DNA from: Nitrospirota bacterium
GTDB taxonomy: Bacteria; Nitrospirota; UBA9217
NCBI GenBank assembly: GCA_035623825.1
Contig: DASPSR010000020.1
Span: forward strand, 1-64,000
DNA length: 64,000 bases
Reading direction: 5' to 3'
The first letter of the stretch is position 1. Each line of letters opens with the position of its first letter. The position numbers were made by a program, and so were the translations under genes. This document shows positions 20,343 through 30,511 of the stretch, piece by piece. The notes under the pieces were generated by a model. That model did no database searches. It was not told where the DNA came from and was given only the letters and a program-made list of their open reading frames with translations.

Positions 20343-21184
20343 GAGGATACCTCAGCGAACGCAAGCTCTGGAGTCTTATGAACTACGTACAGGCAGCTCC
20401 GTTTCGCTATGCCATGCCGCTCCAGCTCGTTCTCACCGAAGAACTTAGCTCCGAGCTGGCTCACCTTAAAGCCGGCAGCTTTCAATAGGTTAATGAAATC
20501 AGTTTTCCCGTAGACCCTGAGATGGTCCTTCTGTCCGAAATATTGAAGACGCTCCATTTCGGTCGTCTTTGAAGGGTCTTCGTAGGTTCTGGCGAGGTCC
20601 GGAATGATCGGAGCCAGGAGAATACCCCACCCTGTCGGTTTGAGTATCCGGAATAGTTCCTTGACCGCGCTCGCATCATCCTGTACGTGCTCCAGCACAT
20701 GGGAGCAAATGAAGCAGTCGATGGAAGATGTCGCGTAATTGTCCATTCGCGAGATATCGACACGGTCATCCACGTCCTTACGAAAAAGGTCAGCCGTCCT
20801 GTAGGAATATCGAAAGTTCCTGCGCAGATAGAACGATAACGCCCTCTCCGGAGCGAAATGGAGGAGCGTTTTTTTTGACTGCGGTTCTTTGGGCAGTCTT
20901 TTCAGGAACAGGGCGGACAATCGGTCTCTGTCGGCGCAGCGGCAGACCGGGCAGAGATACTCATCGACGTTCAAGGTTTCGAAGTCCGATGCGGTAAACC
21001 GGCGGCCTTGGATCTCTAAAGCTATTCTGAACTCGCTTGGCAGGGGCAGAAAGGATCTCAGGTTGTTCAGGCACAATGGGCACTTATACTTCGCTCCCCT
21101 GTAAAGAACTTTGTTGACCTGTCCAAGAATGTCTTTTAAGACCTGCGGCACATGGTCGGATATAAGCTGTTTCACTTTTTGCAT
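20339..21184 (-). CDS. Class I SAM-dependent methyltransferase with two CxxC motifs
   Basis: CPLC and CPVC, LHFAPE, CSHVLEHV, RILKP, GQKDHLR motifs. Confidence 0.8.
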   Translation of the reverse strand: MQKVKQLISDHVPQVLKDILGQVNKVLYRGAKYKCPLCLNNLRSFLPLPSEFRIALEIQGRRFTASDFETLNVDEYLCPVCRCADRDRLSALFLKRLPKEPQSKKTLLHFAPERALSFYLRRNFRYSYRTADLFRKDVDDRVDISRMDNYATSSIDCFICSHVLEHVQDDASAVKELFRILKPTGWGILLAPIIPDLARTYEDPSKTTEMERLQYFGQKDHLRVYGKTDFINLLKAAGFKVSQLGAKFFGENELERHGIAKRSCLYVVHKTPELAFAEVSS

Positions 21185-21192
21185 TTCGTTGT

Positions 21193-22356
21193 CTAACTTC
21201 GGGCCCCTTCAATCGTTTTTCTGTAGGTTTCGATCGTCTTCCGCGCTGTCTCATCCCACGAAAACAGCTTCGCCCTTTCCAGCCCCCTTTTTCGCATTTC
21301 CTTCAACCTTTCATCATCTTTCCACAGCTGCCATATCTTATCGGCCATATCTTCTGGGGAAGTGGGATCAAAAAAAACTCCTGCATCGCCGACAACCTCT
21401 GGGATCGAAGTGGTGTTGGAACAGGCGATCGGGCAACCACAGGCCATTGCTTCAACCAGAGGGATCCCGAACCCCTCGAACAGTGACGGAAATACCAGTG
21501 CGCGGGCTAGATTGTAGAGATAGGGAAGTTCTTCATAAGGAAGATATCCCAAAACTTTGACCTTATCTCCCAGACCTAATCGTTTAATCTCTCCAATTAT
21601 ATCGCTGTATGATTTCTTCGCAATGCCAGTTAGAACAAGTTGTCCATCAAATTGGTATCTTTCTGTCATTCTGTTGAGAGCCGCTAGAAGCGTTTTGTGG
21701 TTTTTGTGAGGCCAAGTTGCGCCAGGATAATAGAGGAAAGGCCTGTTCAGCTCATATTTCGACCGCGTTGTTTGTAGAACATCTTCGTTGTTATATACCC
21801 TGTAGCGCTCATCATAACCCAGATAAACAACGTCTATCTTATCCGGGGATATTCCATATCGCTCAGCAAGACTTGATTTGACATGCCCGGAAATGGCGAT
21901 AATACGCGTTGCCTGCTCCGCTGACGGTCTGTAGAACTCTTTCCGCATTTTCATCTCTGCCGGAGAAAAGAATTGTGGAAAGAACTCATGCTGCATATCG
22001 ACGAACGTCAATACCGATGGTATCTTTGTTCGCATCGGGTTGAGGATGGTAAATGGATGATGAATTATATCCAATTTCAGACGATTAAATACTGGCCTCA
22101 ATACATCGATTTTGGTCATTTTTCGTAGGATGCCGCGAACAAGCCACAGAATTGACGGCTGGGTATAGTTGACTGACCTGAATGTGAAAGAGTCATTGAA
22201 TATCTGAATTTCCTTTGCATAATGGTCGTCACAAAGCAGAACATAGCTGTTCTCCTGGTCGATTTTTTGCAGAGAGTGTACGAGGTTCCTGAGATAGGTC
22301 TCGATTCCTCCCATTGTCCCTGGTATAAACCCGACTAAATTGAGACCGATATTCAT
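21193..22356 (-). CDS. Glycosyltransferase family 4 (MtfB-like)
   Basis: HKNH, FPSLFEGFGIPLVEAMACG, FSW motifs. Confidence 0.92.
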   Translation of the reverse strand: MNIGLNLVGFIPGTMGGIETYLRNLVHSLQKIDQENSYVLLCDDHYAKEIQIFNDSFTFRSVNYTQPSILWLVRGILRKMTKIDVLRPVFNRLKLDIIHHPFTILNPMRTKIPSVLTFVDMQHEFFPQFFSPAEMKMRKEFYRPSAEQATRIIAISGHVKSSLAERYGISPDKIDVVYLGYDERYRVYNNEDVLQTTRSKYELNRPFLYYPGATWPHKNHKTLLAALNRMTERYQFDGQLVLTGIAKKSYSDIIGEIKRLGLGDKVKVLGYLPYEELPYLYNLARALVFPSLFEGFGIPLVEAMACGCPIACSNTTSIPEVVGDAGVFFDPTSPEDMADKIWQLWKDDERLKEMRKRGLERAKLFSWDETARKTIETYRKTIEGARS

Positions 22357-23315
22357 CGGTTCTTTTCTTCCTTAACCATCATTCTGACGACATCGTGCAT
22401 CTTGTACTGGGCTTCCCATCCGAGCCGTTCCCGGGCCTTTGCCGGGTTACCGCGTCCAGCGGCAAGTTCGGTCGGTCTATTGAGAGAGGGATCGGACAGT
22501 ACATGCTTTCGCCAATCGATACCAACAGAATCAAAGGCTGCTGCCACGAATTCTTCGAGACTATGGCTCTCCCCCGTTGCTATCACATAATCATCGGGAT
22601 TCTTCTGCTGCAGCATAAGCCACATCGCCTCTACATACTCCGGAGCCCATCCCCAGTCACGGCGTATGGAAATGTTCCCCAATCTGAGCTTCTCCCTACT
22701 GCCCACCGCTATTCGGCAGGCGGCTGACACGATCTTTTTTGTCACGAAACGCTCCGGCCGAAGCGGTGACTCATGATTGAAAAGGATCCCCGAGCATGCA
22801 AAAAGCCCGTATGCCTCTCGGTAATTTGCGACCTCCCAGAAAGCGGCCGCTTTGGCAACGGCGTAGGGGCTTCTCGGATGGAAAGGCGTGTTTTCGTCCG
22901 CAGCGCCGTTGATATTGCCGAAGCATTCACTGGAACCTGCATTATAAAACCTGACCGGCAGATCGATGAAGCGAATAGCTTCGAGGATGTTCAGTGTGCC
23001 TACGCTGATGCTCTCAAGCGTTTCCGCTGGCTGCTGGAATGAAAGGCCTACGGAACTCTGTCCAGACAAGTTATAGAGCTCATCAGGCCTAACCTTGGCA
23101 AGGACCTGGAGAACGCTTCGGAAGTCATTTGGGGCCATCGATTCGGTCGACACATGGTCCCTGATGTTCAGCCGTCTCAGGTTATCAAACAATGACATCT
23201 GGGCGTCTCGGGAGGTCCCGTATACCTCGTACCCTTTGTTCAGGAGCAGTTGCGCGAGATACGCCCCGTCCTGCCCCGATATTCCACATATCAAAGCTCT
23301 TTTACCGTTACCCAT
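22353..23315 (-). CDS. GDP-mannose 4,6-dehydratase paralog
   Basis: [33 protein letters not shown] motifs. Confidence 0.88.
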   Translation of the reverse strand: MGNGKRALICGISGQDGAYLAQLLLNKGYEVYGTSRDAQMSLFDNLRRLNIRDHVSTESMAPNDFRSVLQVLAKVRPDELYNLSGQSSVGLSFQQPAETLESISVGTLNILEAIRFIDLPVRFYNAGSSECFGNINGAADENTPFHPRSPYAVAKAAAFWEVANYREAYGLFACSGILFNHESPLRPERFVTKKIVSAACRIAVGSREKLRLGNISIRRDWGWAPEYVEAMWLMLQQKNPDDYVIATGESHSLEEFVAAAFDSVGIDWRKHVLSDPSLNRPTELAAGRGNPAKARERLGWEAQYKMHDVVRMMVKEEKNR

Positions 23316-23440
23316 AAACTTCCCCATTGTTTAGGCGAGTTACACTGACCTAGTACTAGTTCCCTCACAGAAAAAAAGCTTCGGGTTTAACGACATTACT
23401 GAACATTCCCGTAAACGGTCTCTCAATTATTGATTACCTC

Positions 23441-24322
23441 CTATGCAGGTTTAAATCTTCGCAAGAGATAATCTTTTGTACCATTCAAATATCCAAACAA
23501 TACTCCTTTTTGCCCATGCATAAAACAGCTCATGGCATACGACATGACTCTTACAAAAAAGGATACACTTTTCAACGGCGCGTGCCTTTGGAAAAAAAGA
23601 AGTCCGCTTCTCATGAAATAATAACTTTGAGTGCGTGATTTATCAGTTGTAGAAGAAGATACCTTGTGGCGGATTCTGGACCGAGGAGCAAAGAGAATCT
23701 TCCAGCCATGCTCAACCGCTGTTGCATTCCAGTCAACGTCTTCCCAATAGAGAAAATAGTCTTCTTTCATCATCCCGATTTCTTTGATCATGGTAGATCG
23801 TGCCAGTAGGCTGCAACCACTAATGAAACCGACTGTAGTAATCTCTTCATATTGTCCGGTATCAATCTCGTTCAGCCCCCGATGACCCGTGAACGACTGG
23901 TGCTTGTTCCACGTCCCGCCCGCAAACCAAATCTTGTTCGGCTTATCATAATAGTAGATCTTCGAACCTACAATTCCCGTTCGATCGTATTGTTCCGCGA
24001 CTTTTACTAATTCGCTCAAAGAGTCAGGTTCAACCACTGTATCGTTGTTCAGCAACCATACATAGTCGGCGCCATGCGACAAAGCGTGGGCTATCCCAGC
24101 GTTATTTCCGCCTGCAAAACCAAGATTATGCCCGGTCATGATAAGTTCAATGTCAGGAAAGCGATTGCGCAGAATAGCTTCCGAACCGTCCGTAGACCCG
24201 TTATCCACTATGATTAAATGAAAATTGGGGTATCTTAGTTTTCTACAGGATTCAATACATTCGGATGTATCTCTCCATCCGTTCCAATTGAGGATGATTA
24301 CATAGACTGAGTTGTTCTTCAA
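23441..24322 (-). CDS. Glycosyltransferase family 2 (rhamnosyltransferase-like)
   Basis: ILNWNG, NLGFAGGNN, LLNNDT, FLYWEDVD motifs. Confidence 0.9.
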   Translation of the reverse strand: MKNNSVYVIILNWNGWRDTSECIESCRKLRYPNFHLIIVDNGSTDGSEAILRNRFPDIELIMTGHNLGFAGGNNAGIAHALSHGADYVWLLNNDTVVEPDSLSELVKVAEQYDRTGIVGSKIYYYDKPNKIWFAGGTWNKHQSFTGHRGLNEIDTGQYEEITTVGFISGCSLLARSTMIKEIGMMKEDYFLYWEDVDWNATAVEHGWKILFAPRSRIRHKVSSSTTDKSRTQSYYFMRSGLLFFQRHAPLKSVSFFVRVMSYAMSCFMHGQKGVLFGYLNGTKDYLLRRFKPA

Positions 24323-24368
24323 AACGATGATACTCCTATATTATTAAGAAGTACTTAGCGTGATCATC

Positions 24369-25670
24369 TCAGTTGTACAACATTTTGTAGGCCAAATTTT
24401 TTAAAAGCATTTTTGCCATCCAATGCGTATCTTTTCTCGATAGTGCTTGAATGATTTTAATTGCATTATAGATTTGTCGCAGCTTAGTGGGCCGACCGAC
24501 TGCAAAGTCATGGTTTAGATTTTTTATGATAGCATCCTTTTCCTCAGTCGGGATATGAGACCATATTAAATTGTAATAAGGAAGCAGTAAGTTCTTCTGG
24601 AAATAGGACAGTTGAATATTATTAGCGAATCGGTCCATTGTGACCTTGAGTGACCGTGCAGCTTTACCCATCTGATTCCTATTTAACGTGGTATAAAAAA
24701 GGGTCTTAAAATAAAACTGAAAATCTACAGGGATATCTTCATGATATATTTTTTTTGCTGTAGCGAATCCATTATCAATTACCGTCTGAATACATGAGGC
24801 TACCTGATCAGGCGAGCAATCCTGCATTTCCAGTATTTGATCCATCGAGAACCCACAATATTTTGCGTCATGAATCATTGATGCATACATTTTTTTATCT
24901 GCGCTTAGCAGCTGAATTTTTGGTAATGGTTTTGCCCAATCGGACGTCGCAAGCCAGGAGATGCCACTTGAACAGCCGACCAACAGTGTGCAGTATTTTG
25001 TTAGCTCAGCATTTTCTTTGAATGTCAATACGCTCCCATCTATAACTCTATTGTCTGATACCGTAATCGATTTGTTCGATGATAAAACGAAAGCCGTATC
25101 CTTGCGGTTATTTACGATTTTCTCAACAACTTTTAAAGCAAACTCATGATCTACGTATGATTGTCCACTTGCCGCTCCACATTCGAACAGTACAACATTA
25201 TTCTTAGATATGAGATCGTTTGACTCTGCAAATCGCCTGACCTTCGCAATCTCGCTTTCAGATAGCCTCACAATTGGTTGCATGGAAACTTCAATCGGCT
25301 TCGGGTATCCTCGATAAATAGAAGCCCTAACCGTACCATCGAAATTTTGGTAATTATCGGGATCGACCTGGGTCAAGTATATTTCGTCATATTCGCCCCG
25401 TTCTTTCCTAACTCTGGCGTCCATTTCAAATTGCTGCCATGCGGAAACAACTTCCTCGTATGTCTTCAGTCGCAGCTCCCATATCTCGTCCACATCCGGG
25501 TTCCCTTCAATCACTGAACGGCACACTGAACTGATCGCCCATGTCAGATGACAGCCAGGATTATCCTTCTTTATCTGTCGAGCGATGACGGTTGCATAAA
25601 GACAATCACCCAGTTTTCCGAGTTGACCTAAGAGTATCCTCTTTTTTTTATAGATTTCTTGTTCTGTCAT
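24369..25670 (-). CDS. Putative GT9-like glycosyltransferase
   Basis: N-terminal LGKLGDCLYAT...LTWAI...NPDVDEI and later SSGISWLA, resembling heptosyltransferase-family motifs. Confidence 0.6.
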   Translation of the reverse strand: MTEQEIYKKKRILLGQLGKLGDCLYATVIARQIKKDNPGCHLTWAISSVCRSVIEGNPDVDEIWELRLKTYEEVVSAWQQFEMDARVRKERGEYDEIYLTQVDPDNYQNFDGTVRASIYRGYPKPIEVSMQPIVRLSESEIAKVRRFAESNDLISKNNVVLFECGAASGQSYVDHEFALKVVEKIVNNRKDTAFVLSSNKSITVSDNRVIDGSVLTFKENAELTKYCTLLVGCSSGISWLATSDWAKPLPKIQLLSADKKMYASMIHDAKYCGFSMDQILEMQDCSPDQVASCIQTVIDNGFATAKKIYHEDIPVDFQFYFKTLFYTTLNRNQMGKAARSLKVTMDRFANNIQLSYFQKNLLLPYYNLIWSHIPTEEKDAIIKNLNHDFAVGRPTKLRQIYNAIKIIQALSRKDTHWMAKMLLKNLAYKMLYN

Positions 25671-25708
25671 TTAATACTATTGAATGCAATTTAGTGCAAT
25701 GTCTTGCT

Positions 25709-26584
25709 TTAGACTTTATTGTTCATCATTATACGCGCAAGTTCTGCAAACCCCACTTTCGGCGACCATCCGAGCGTATTGATCGTGGCAGGGTTTGATA
25801 CAAGCTTTTTGTATTCAGGTACAAATCCTTCTCGTATGCGTATGTAGTCTTGCCAATTCTTCCCTATGAGACCAAAACACTGATCCAGCCAGTCCCGAAT
25901 CGAGTATGTCGTTCCCGACCCTATCGTCGTTTCAAATACGGAATCTTGGCTTATCAACGTAAATATGGCTTGAGCGACATCCCCAGCGAAGGTCCATTCC
26001 TTCTCAACCGTAATATCGCCCAATTCTATCTTTTCATCGCTTCCAGATGCGATGCGCTGTGCAGCAAGAGCTATCATTTTGCTGACATGGCTTGGCTTGC
26101 GGAGCGGGCTCTCGTGATGGAAAAGATAACCAACATATACCTTCATTCCCAGTGATCGGAAATACCGCCCTGCATAGACGGACTGTATGCGCGCCACTGA
26201 GTATGGACTTGAAGCTTCAAATGGATCCCTCTCAGAAATCGGTTTACCGGTGTTTACGAATTGCAGGCCGCTGCCTGCAAGAAAAACCTTGGCATGCGGG
26301 CAATGGGACCTTGCCGATTCAAGGATGTTTAGAGTTCCTGTCGATATAGTTTGATGGTTCTCGAATAATGCATCGTGACGGGTCGTTGATGAAGCCGCAA
26401 TGTGATAAATATAGTCAGGCATGTACTGTTTAACAAGGTTACTCACCTGCTCAAAACTGGACACATCTGCACGGAGTGCAGACCCTGAACGCGCAACTCC
26501 TATAGGGTTTATGCCCTGCGATTTACAGATGCTGCTCAAATAGTGACCGTCCTGGCCGGTGACACCGAAAATCAAGGCATTCAT
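25709..26584 (-). CDS. Divergent Gmd/Rmd-like NAD(P)-dependent sugar oxidoreductase
   Basis: GVTGQDG, SPYSVAR, LFHHESPLR motifs. Confidence 0.75.
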   Translation of the reverse strand: MNALIFGVTGQDGHYLSSICKSQGINPIGVARSGSALRADVSSFEQVSNLVKQYMPDYIYHIAASSTTRHDALFENHQTISTGTLNILESARSHCPHAKVFLAGSGLQFVNTGKPISERDPFEASSPYSVARIQSVYAGRYFRSLGMKVYVGYLFHHESPLRKPSHVSKMIALAAQRIASGSDEKIELGDITVEKEWTFAGDVAQAIFTLISQDSVFETTIGSGTTYSIRDWLDQCFGLIGKNWQDYIRIREGFVPEYKKLVSNPATINTLGWSPKVGFAELARIMMNNKV

Positions 26585-26675
26585 ATTTTAATACCAGCAA
26601 CCCATAAGCAGAATACTAATGGCAATCGGTCGCACAATGCTGTGAGCGAGATCATGATGAGGCACATGGTTGTAA

Positions 26676-27938
26676 CTATCCTTTTTTAATCACTTCTATC
26701 GTCGGTAAAGGGAAAATCATTCCAACCCCACGGTCGATTGTTTCTCTCTCCCGGTCCAGAAATTCCTTCTTAAAATGCCAAGGCAATACAAGATAGTAAT
26801 CCGGTTTCATTTTTCTTGATTCTTCTTCACTGATTATGGGTATATCCGTGCCGAGCGTCCTGGCACCATGCTTATCGGGATTTCGATCCGCGGCGTAATC
26901 AATAATAAATCTATCTATTCCACACCATTGGAGAATTGTGTTCCCTTTCGTTGATGCGCCGTAGATATGGATTTTCTTCCCTTCGGTTTTCAACTTCTTG
27001 AGCAGGGACGTCAATTCCTCTCTGTGGACATTGATCCGTTCCTGGAAGTTCCTATAGGGCTTATCAGTATCGAGCTCCAAATCGAATTCTTCCTGACGCA
27101 AACCTTCCAGAGAGTGAAGATATTCTTTCTTGCTAAATCGGAAGTTCTCTTCATGGGTTGCATAGCACCGGATACTGCCGCCGTTAATATCGTTCAAGCC
27201 CACACGGATCACTTTCATGCCGGCGCGTTCTAGGATTTCTTCGATCACTGCCAGGCTGTAATATTCGAGGTGTTCGTGACAGATCGTATCGTAAGAGTTC
27301 ATTTTGAGCATTGTCGGCATATACGACATTTCGAAAATCCAGATGCCATTGGACGCAAGCGAACCTTTTATGCTCCGTACAAACGCCACGGGGTCCTCAA
27401 GATCGTAAAACATCGCAATTGATGTTATACTGTCAAATTTCGCGCCTTCGGATATTTGAATTAATTCTTTGGAAGGGAACGTGTCCTGGACGACCTTGAT
27501 GTCGCCTTTAATCTCCTGAGCAACATCTGACGGATCAATACCGAACTTCAGGAATTCCTTAGGATAGGAGTTCAATAATGTACCGTCATTGCATCCGATA
27601 TCCAGAACATACGCATCTCTTTTCTCAATCATTCCGGATGCCTCATCAGTAATTCCTTTAAGATGATCTCGCATAGTACGGTTTGTCCCGGACCGGTACC
27701 AGTATGCAGAGTAGAGAATCTTCGGTGGGACTGAGTGTTCCATCTGAAGGAGTCCGCATGCCTTTTCATCTTTCGTTGGGTCGCAACGTACCAATACTGT
27801 TGGAATTCTACGCATCGGTGGTAACTCCTTACCGTTTTTAACGAACGAGCCCTGCAGGTATTGTTCACCAAGGTCTATAACCTTTGTTAAAGCAGATGAA
27901 CCGCATACCCGACAAGTATTTCTGTGTATGAGATGCAT
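26676..27938 (-). CDS. NDP-hexose C3-methyltransferase (zinc-binding C-methyltransferase family)
   Basis: CRVC...C...CGLLQ zinc site, DIGCNDG, YDTICHEHLEYYS, YGASTKGN motifs. Confidence 0.88.
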   Translation of the reverse strand: MHLIHRNTCRVCGSSALTKVIDLGEQYLQGSFVKNGKELPPMRRIPTVLVRCDPTKDEKACGLLQMEHSVPPKILYSAYWYRSGTNRTMRDHLKGITDEASGMIEKRDAYVLDIGCNDGTLLNSYPKEFLKFGIDPSDVAQEIKGDIKVVQDTFPSKELIQISEGAKFDSITSIAMFYDLEDPVAFVRSIKGSLASNGIWIFEMSYMPTMLKMNSYDTICHEHLEYYSLAVIEEILERAGMKVIRVGLNDINGGSIRCYATHEENFRFSKKEYLHSLEGLRQEEFDLELDTDKPYRNFQERINVHREELTSLLKKLKTEGKKIHIYGASTKGNTILQWCGIDRFIIDYAADRNPDKHGARTLGTDIPIISEEESRKMKPDYYLVLPWHFKKEFLDRERETIDRGVGMIFPLPTIEVIKKG

Positions 27939-28012
27939 GTACCCTCCCAATCGCTATAATGCTTAATTTATCAAAATCAAATTAATTTTATCTTACATCC
28001 GCTATTTATTGT

Positions 28013-29809
28013 TTAACTTGACTTTTTTATGACTATTGTCGCAAATGTATATACACATCCAGCATATGTAAAATCAGGCTTTGGGTTATCCCAATACGGA
28101 GTATCGACAAACGAGCAATTATGCAATAAAGGCAGCAATCTTTGTTTAATGTCGTACTGAGTGTAAAAACGAAAATCCTCTTGGGGGAGCCGATCTCCAG
28201 GCTTGTATTGATCATTGTAATCGCATGTAAGAATTGCAAAACCGCCCGGAGCAAGAAGTTCAGTCATTTGTGTGAGAAATAATTCGTCATTCTTAACGTG
28301 TTCGATTACAGATGTGGCAAAGACGATATCATAGCTTTCTTTATCTGTCGACGGCTTATGCATGAATGTATCCAAATCGTAGTTTATTAGAGGGTCGACT
28401 TCATCCAACAATAAACCCAGTTTCTTCAAACTCGCTGCTGCTGTATCGTCATGACTGCCAATACAAAGCATTTTCGGGTTTTTATGAGCGAGTGCGAATC
28501 TATATACGGTGTCTAGAACAAACGCCTGCTGGATATTCGCTTCCGGGAGTTTACGTGACATCATATCAGGCACTATCTCAAAAAGTTTTTTGATCACGGG
28601 TTCATATTGAAATCGCGCAGCATCATCCAAGATGCGATTAAATGACGTAACATCAGATAAAGGGCTATATGAATAATCCTGTTTACGCTCCTGAGGAGTC
28701 TCCCCCGGTCCTTTTCTTATCTTTGGCACCCATGAAGTCCCCCGAGTGTCTCCCTTAAAACCATGTGGTAAAATATTACGTATAAAACGGAGAGAGCTGC
28801 TAAGTGAGACGAAAGTTCCGAAATTGCTTTCACGAAAATATTTTTCAATAATATTATTTAATATCCTTTCATAATCCCATATCAGGTTTTCCTCGCTCCA
28901 GTCTCTGTAGAAAGGCAAAAGAGGCGTAAATCCATTATTCATAATCTGTCTTAAGCTTGAATCCTCTATGCAGATTGAAGGTCTTGCGGATGTAATGTGT
29001 CTAAACATACTGCTGTTTGTTATTGCAATGGGTCTCTGTACAGCAAGCGCGTAATCTATAACACTTGAGATACCTCGTCCTTTATTGTCTTCATATAGGA
29101 ATGCATTGAGTGAATTCTGCGCTAAAAAATTGAGCAGCTGCTCTTTTTCAAGAAAATTATGACTTACTTCCAACCGAATACCTGGCTTGTAAATTGAATC
29201 TTTACATCGCCGAACTATTGCTTGAGCACTACTACCGGTGGGATCGCCGAAGGCCGCATAGGGAATATGGAGTTTTATGATTGCTTCATCAAATTCCTGT
29301 TGAACTGTTGAAATAAGTTTCTCAAATCCCTTCCCTTGAGTTCCGAAACCAAAGCTACCAATAGTTGGAGTTACTGGTAATACATATTCATTCATGTATT
29401 TAGGAATCAGCCGCCCCGTCTTAAAGACAATGGGATTATTGAGCAATAACGTCGGATCCGGGGTTATATAGTATTGGAATAAAGAACTCCTTGCAGAATC
29501 AGCGACTTCTTGCGTTATCTCATGGATGATACCAATATGTGCTGCATTAATCTTACGGGTTATCTTTCTATTGAGCCAAGGCATAGTAGATGTATAATGG
29601 TTGTAAATTATGGCAGCAGGAGTGTATTTGTGCTCAACTGCTAAGAATTCATCCGGATTTGAGCACTCTTGATAAATGATATTGTATTTTTTAGAGTTCT
29701 TCAGCACATTGGCAATATTTAGGCCAAATTGATAGACGCCACACCGTTGCTGACTGTGGGATATAAACAGTACTTTATTCTCTCTATTTGATTTCTGCGA
29801 TATTTCCAT
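28013..29809 (-). CDS. Glycosyltransferase-like plus class I methyltransferase fusion protein
   Basis: N-terminal CGVYQFG and IGSFGF...KGFE (GT-B-like); C-terminal YDIVFATSVIEHV...LAPGG. Confidence 0.65.
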   Translation of the reverse strand: MEISQKSNRENKVLFISHSQQRCGVYQFGLNIANVLKNSKKYNIIYQECSNPDEFLAVEHKYTPAAIIYNHYTSTMPWLNRKITRKINAAHIGIIHEITQEVADSARSSLFQYYITPDPTLLLNNPIVFKTGRLIPKYMNEYVLPVTPTIGSFGFGTQGKGFEKLISTVQQEFDEAIIKLHIPYAAFGDPTGSSAQAIVRRCKDSIYKPGIRLEVSHNFLEKEQLLNFLAQNSLNAFLYEDNKGRGISSVIDYALAVQRPIAITNSSMFRHITSARPSICIEDSSLRQIMNNGFTPLLPFYRDWSEENLIWDYERILNNIIEKYFRESNFGTFVSLSSSLRFIRNILPHGFKGDTRGTSWVPKIRKGPGETPQERKQDYSYSPLSDVTSFNRILDDAARFQYEPVIKKLFEIVPDMMSRKLPEANIQQAFVLDTVYRFALAHKNPKMLCIGSHDDTAAASLKKLGLLLDEVDPLINYDLDTFMHKPSTDKESYDIVFATSVIEHVKNDELFLTQMTELLAPGGFAILTCDYNDQYKPGDRLPQEDFRFYTQYDIKQRLLPLLHNCSFVDTPYWDNPKPDFTYAGCVYTFATIVIKKSS

Positions 29810-29926
29810 GAGACTATAACCTTAGTGTCAATTGCAATTATGGCGGCGATTTATGTATTCGATACTGTGACGTACGTTCTTCAACCGCTGTATGTTTCCG
29901 TTCCTTCGCCAGTTTAAACTATACTT

Positions 29927-30391
29927 TCATGAACTTTTACTTAGCATTTGCCCCTGAAAGCGCTCGATTAAGGCTCGAAATTGTTTGTCTATCTGGTCGA
30001 TGCATTGCGTGCGCTCAAGATTCAGGTGGGCAAGGCTTTTAACTACTGAATCTTTATCCTTTACAGGAACGTTCTCAAAATCGTATACTTTCTCCTGTTC
30101 ATGCCATAATTTGCAATTTACCTCGGCGAGCTTGGAAAAGACCGCTCCGATGGTGCCGGTTACCTCTGAAACGACATTACCATCTTTCTTAAATACCTTA
30201 TTTGCGGCAAAAGTCAGCCTTTCAATCTGGATTTGTCCTGATACTGCAGCAGCAATATATTCATTAATCTCATCCTGCAGTTGCTTTTCCTGGCTTAAAA
30301 GGCTCTTTACCCTTTCCGGCTCTTCCGTGTGCCACTGCTTGAGTTTCACAACCGTCAATTTATCACATAACGACCCAAGTGTTTCGGCCAT
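29927..30391 (-). CDS. Helical hypothetical protein (DUF4254/DUF6165-like)
   Basis: ETLGSLCDKLTVVKLKQWH and VNCKLWHEQE...LNLERTQCIDQID motifs; SD GGGAGG. Confidence 0.6.
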   Translation of the reverse strand: MAETLGSLCDKLTVVKLKQWHTEEPERVKSLLSQEKQLQDEINEYIAAAVSGQIQIERLTFAANKVFKKDGNVVSEVTGTIGAVFSKLAEVNCKLWHEQEKVYDFENVPVKDKDSVVKSLAHLNLERTQCIDQIDKQFRALIERFQGQMLSKSS

Positions 30392-30511
30392 CAGTCTGCC
30401 TCCCATAAGGTATATTCTAATTTTACAAAACTAAAAGAAGAGGTTTCATCATCATTCGTCCTCACGGCATATTGTCTGTCTATTAGACTATCTCTGTCAA
30501 ACTATGAAGAC

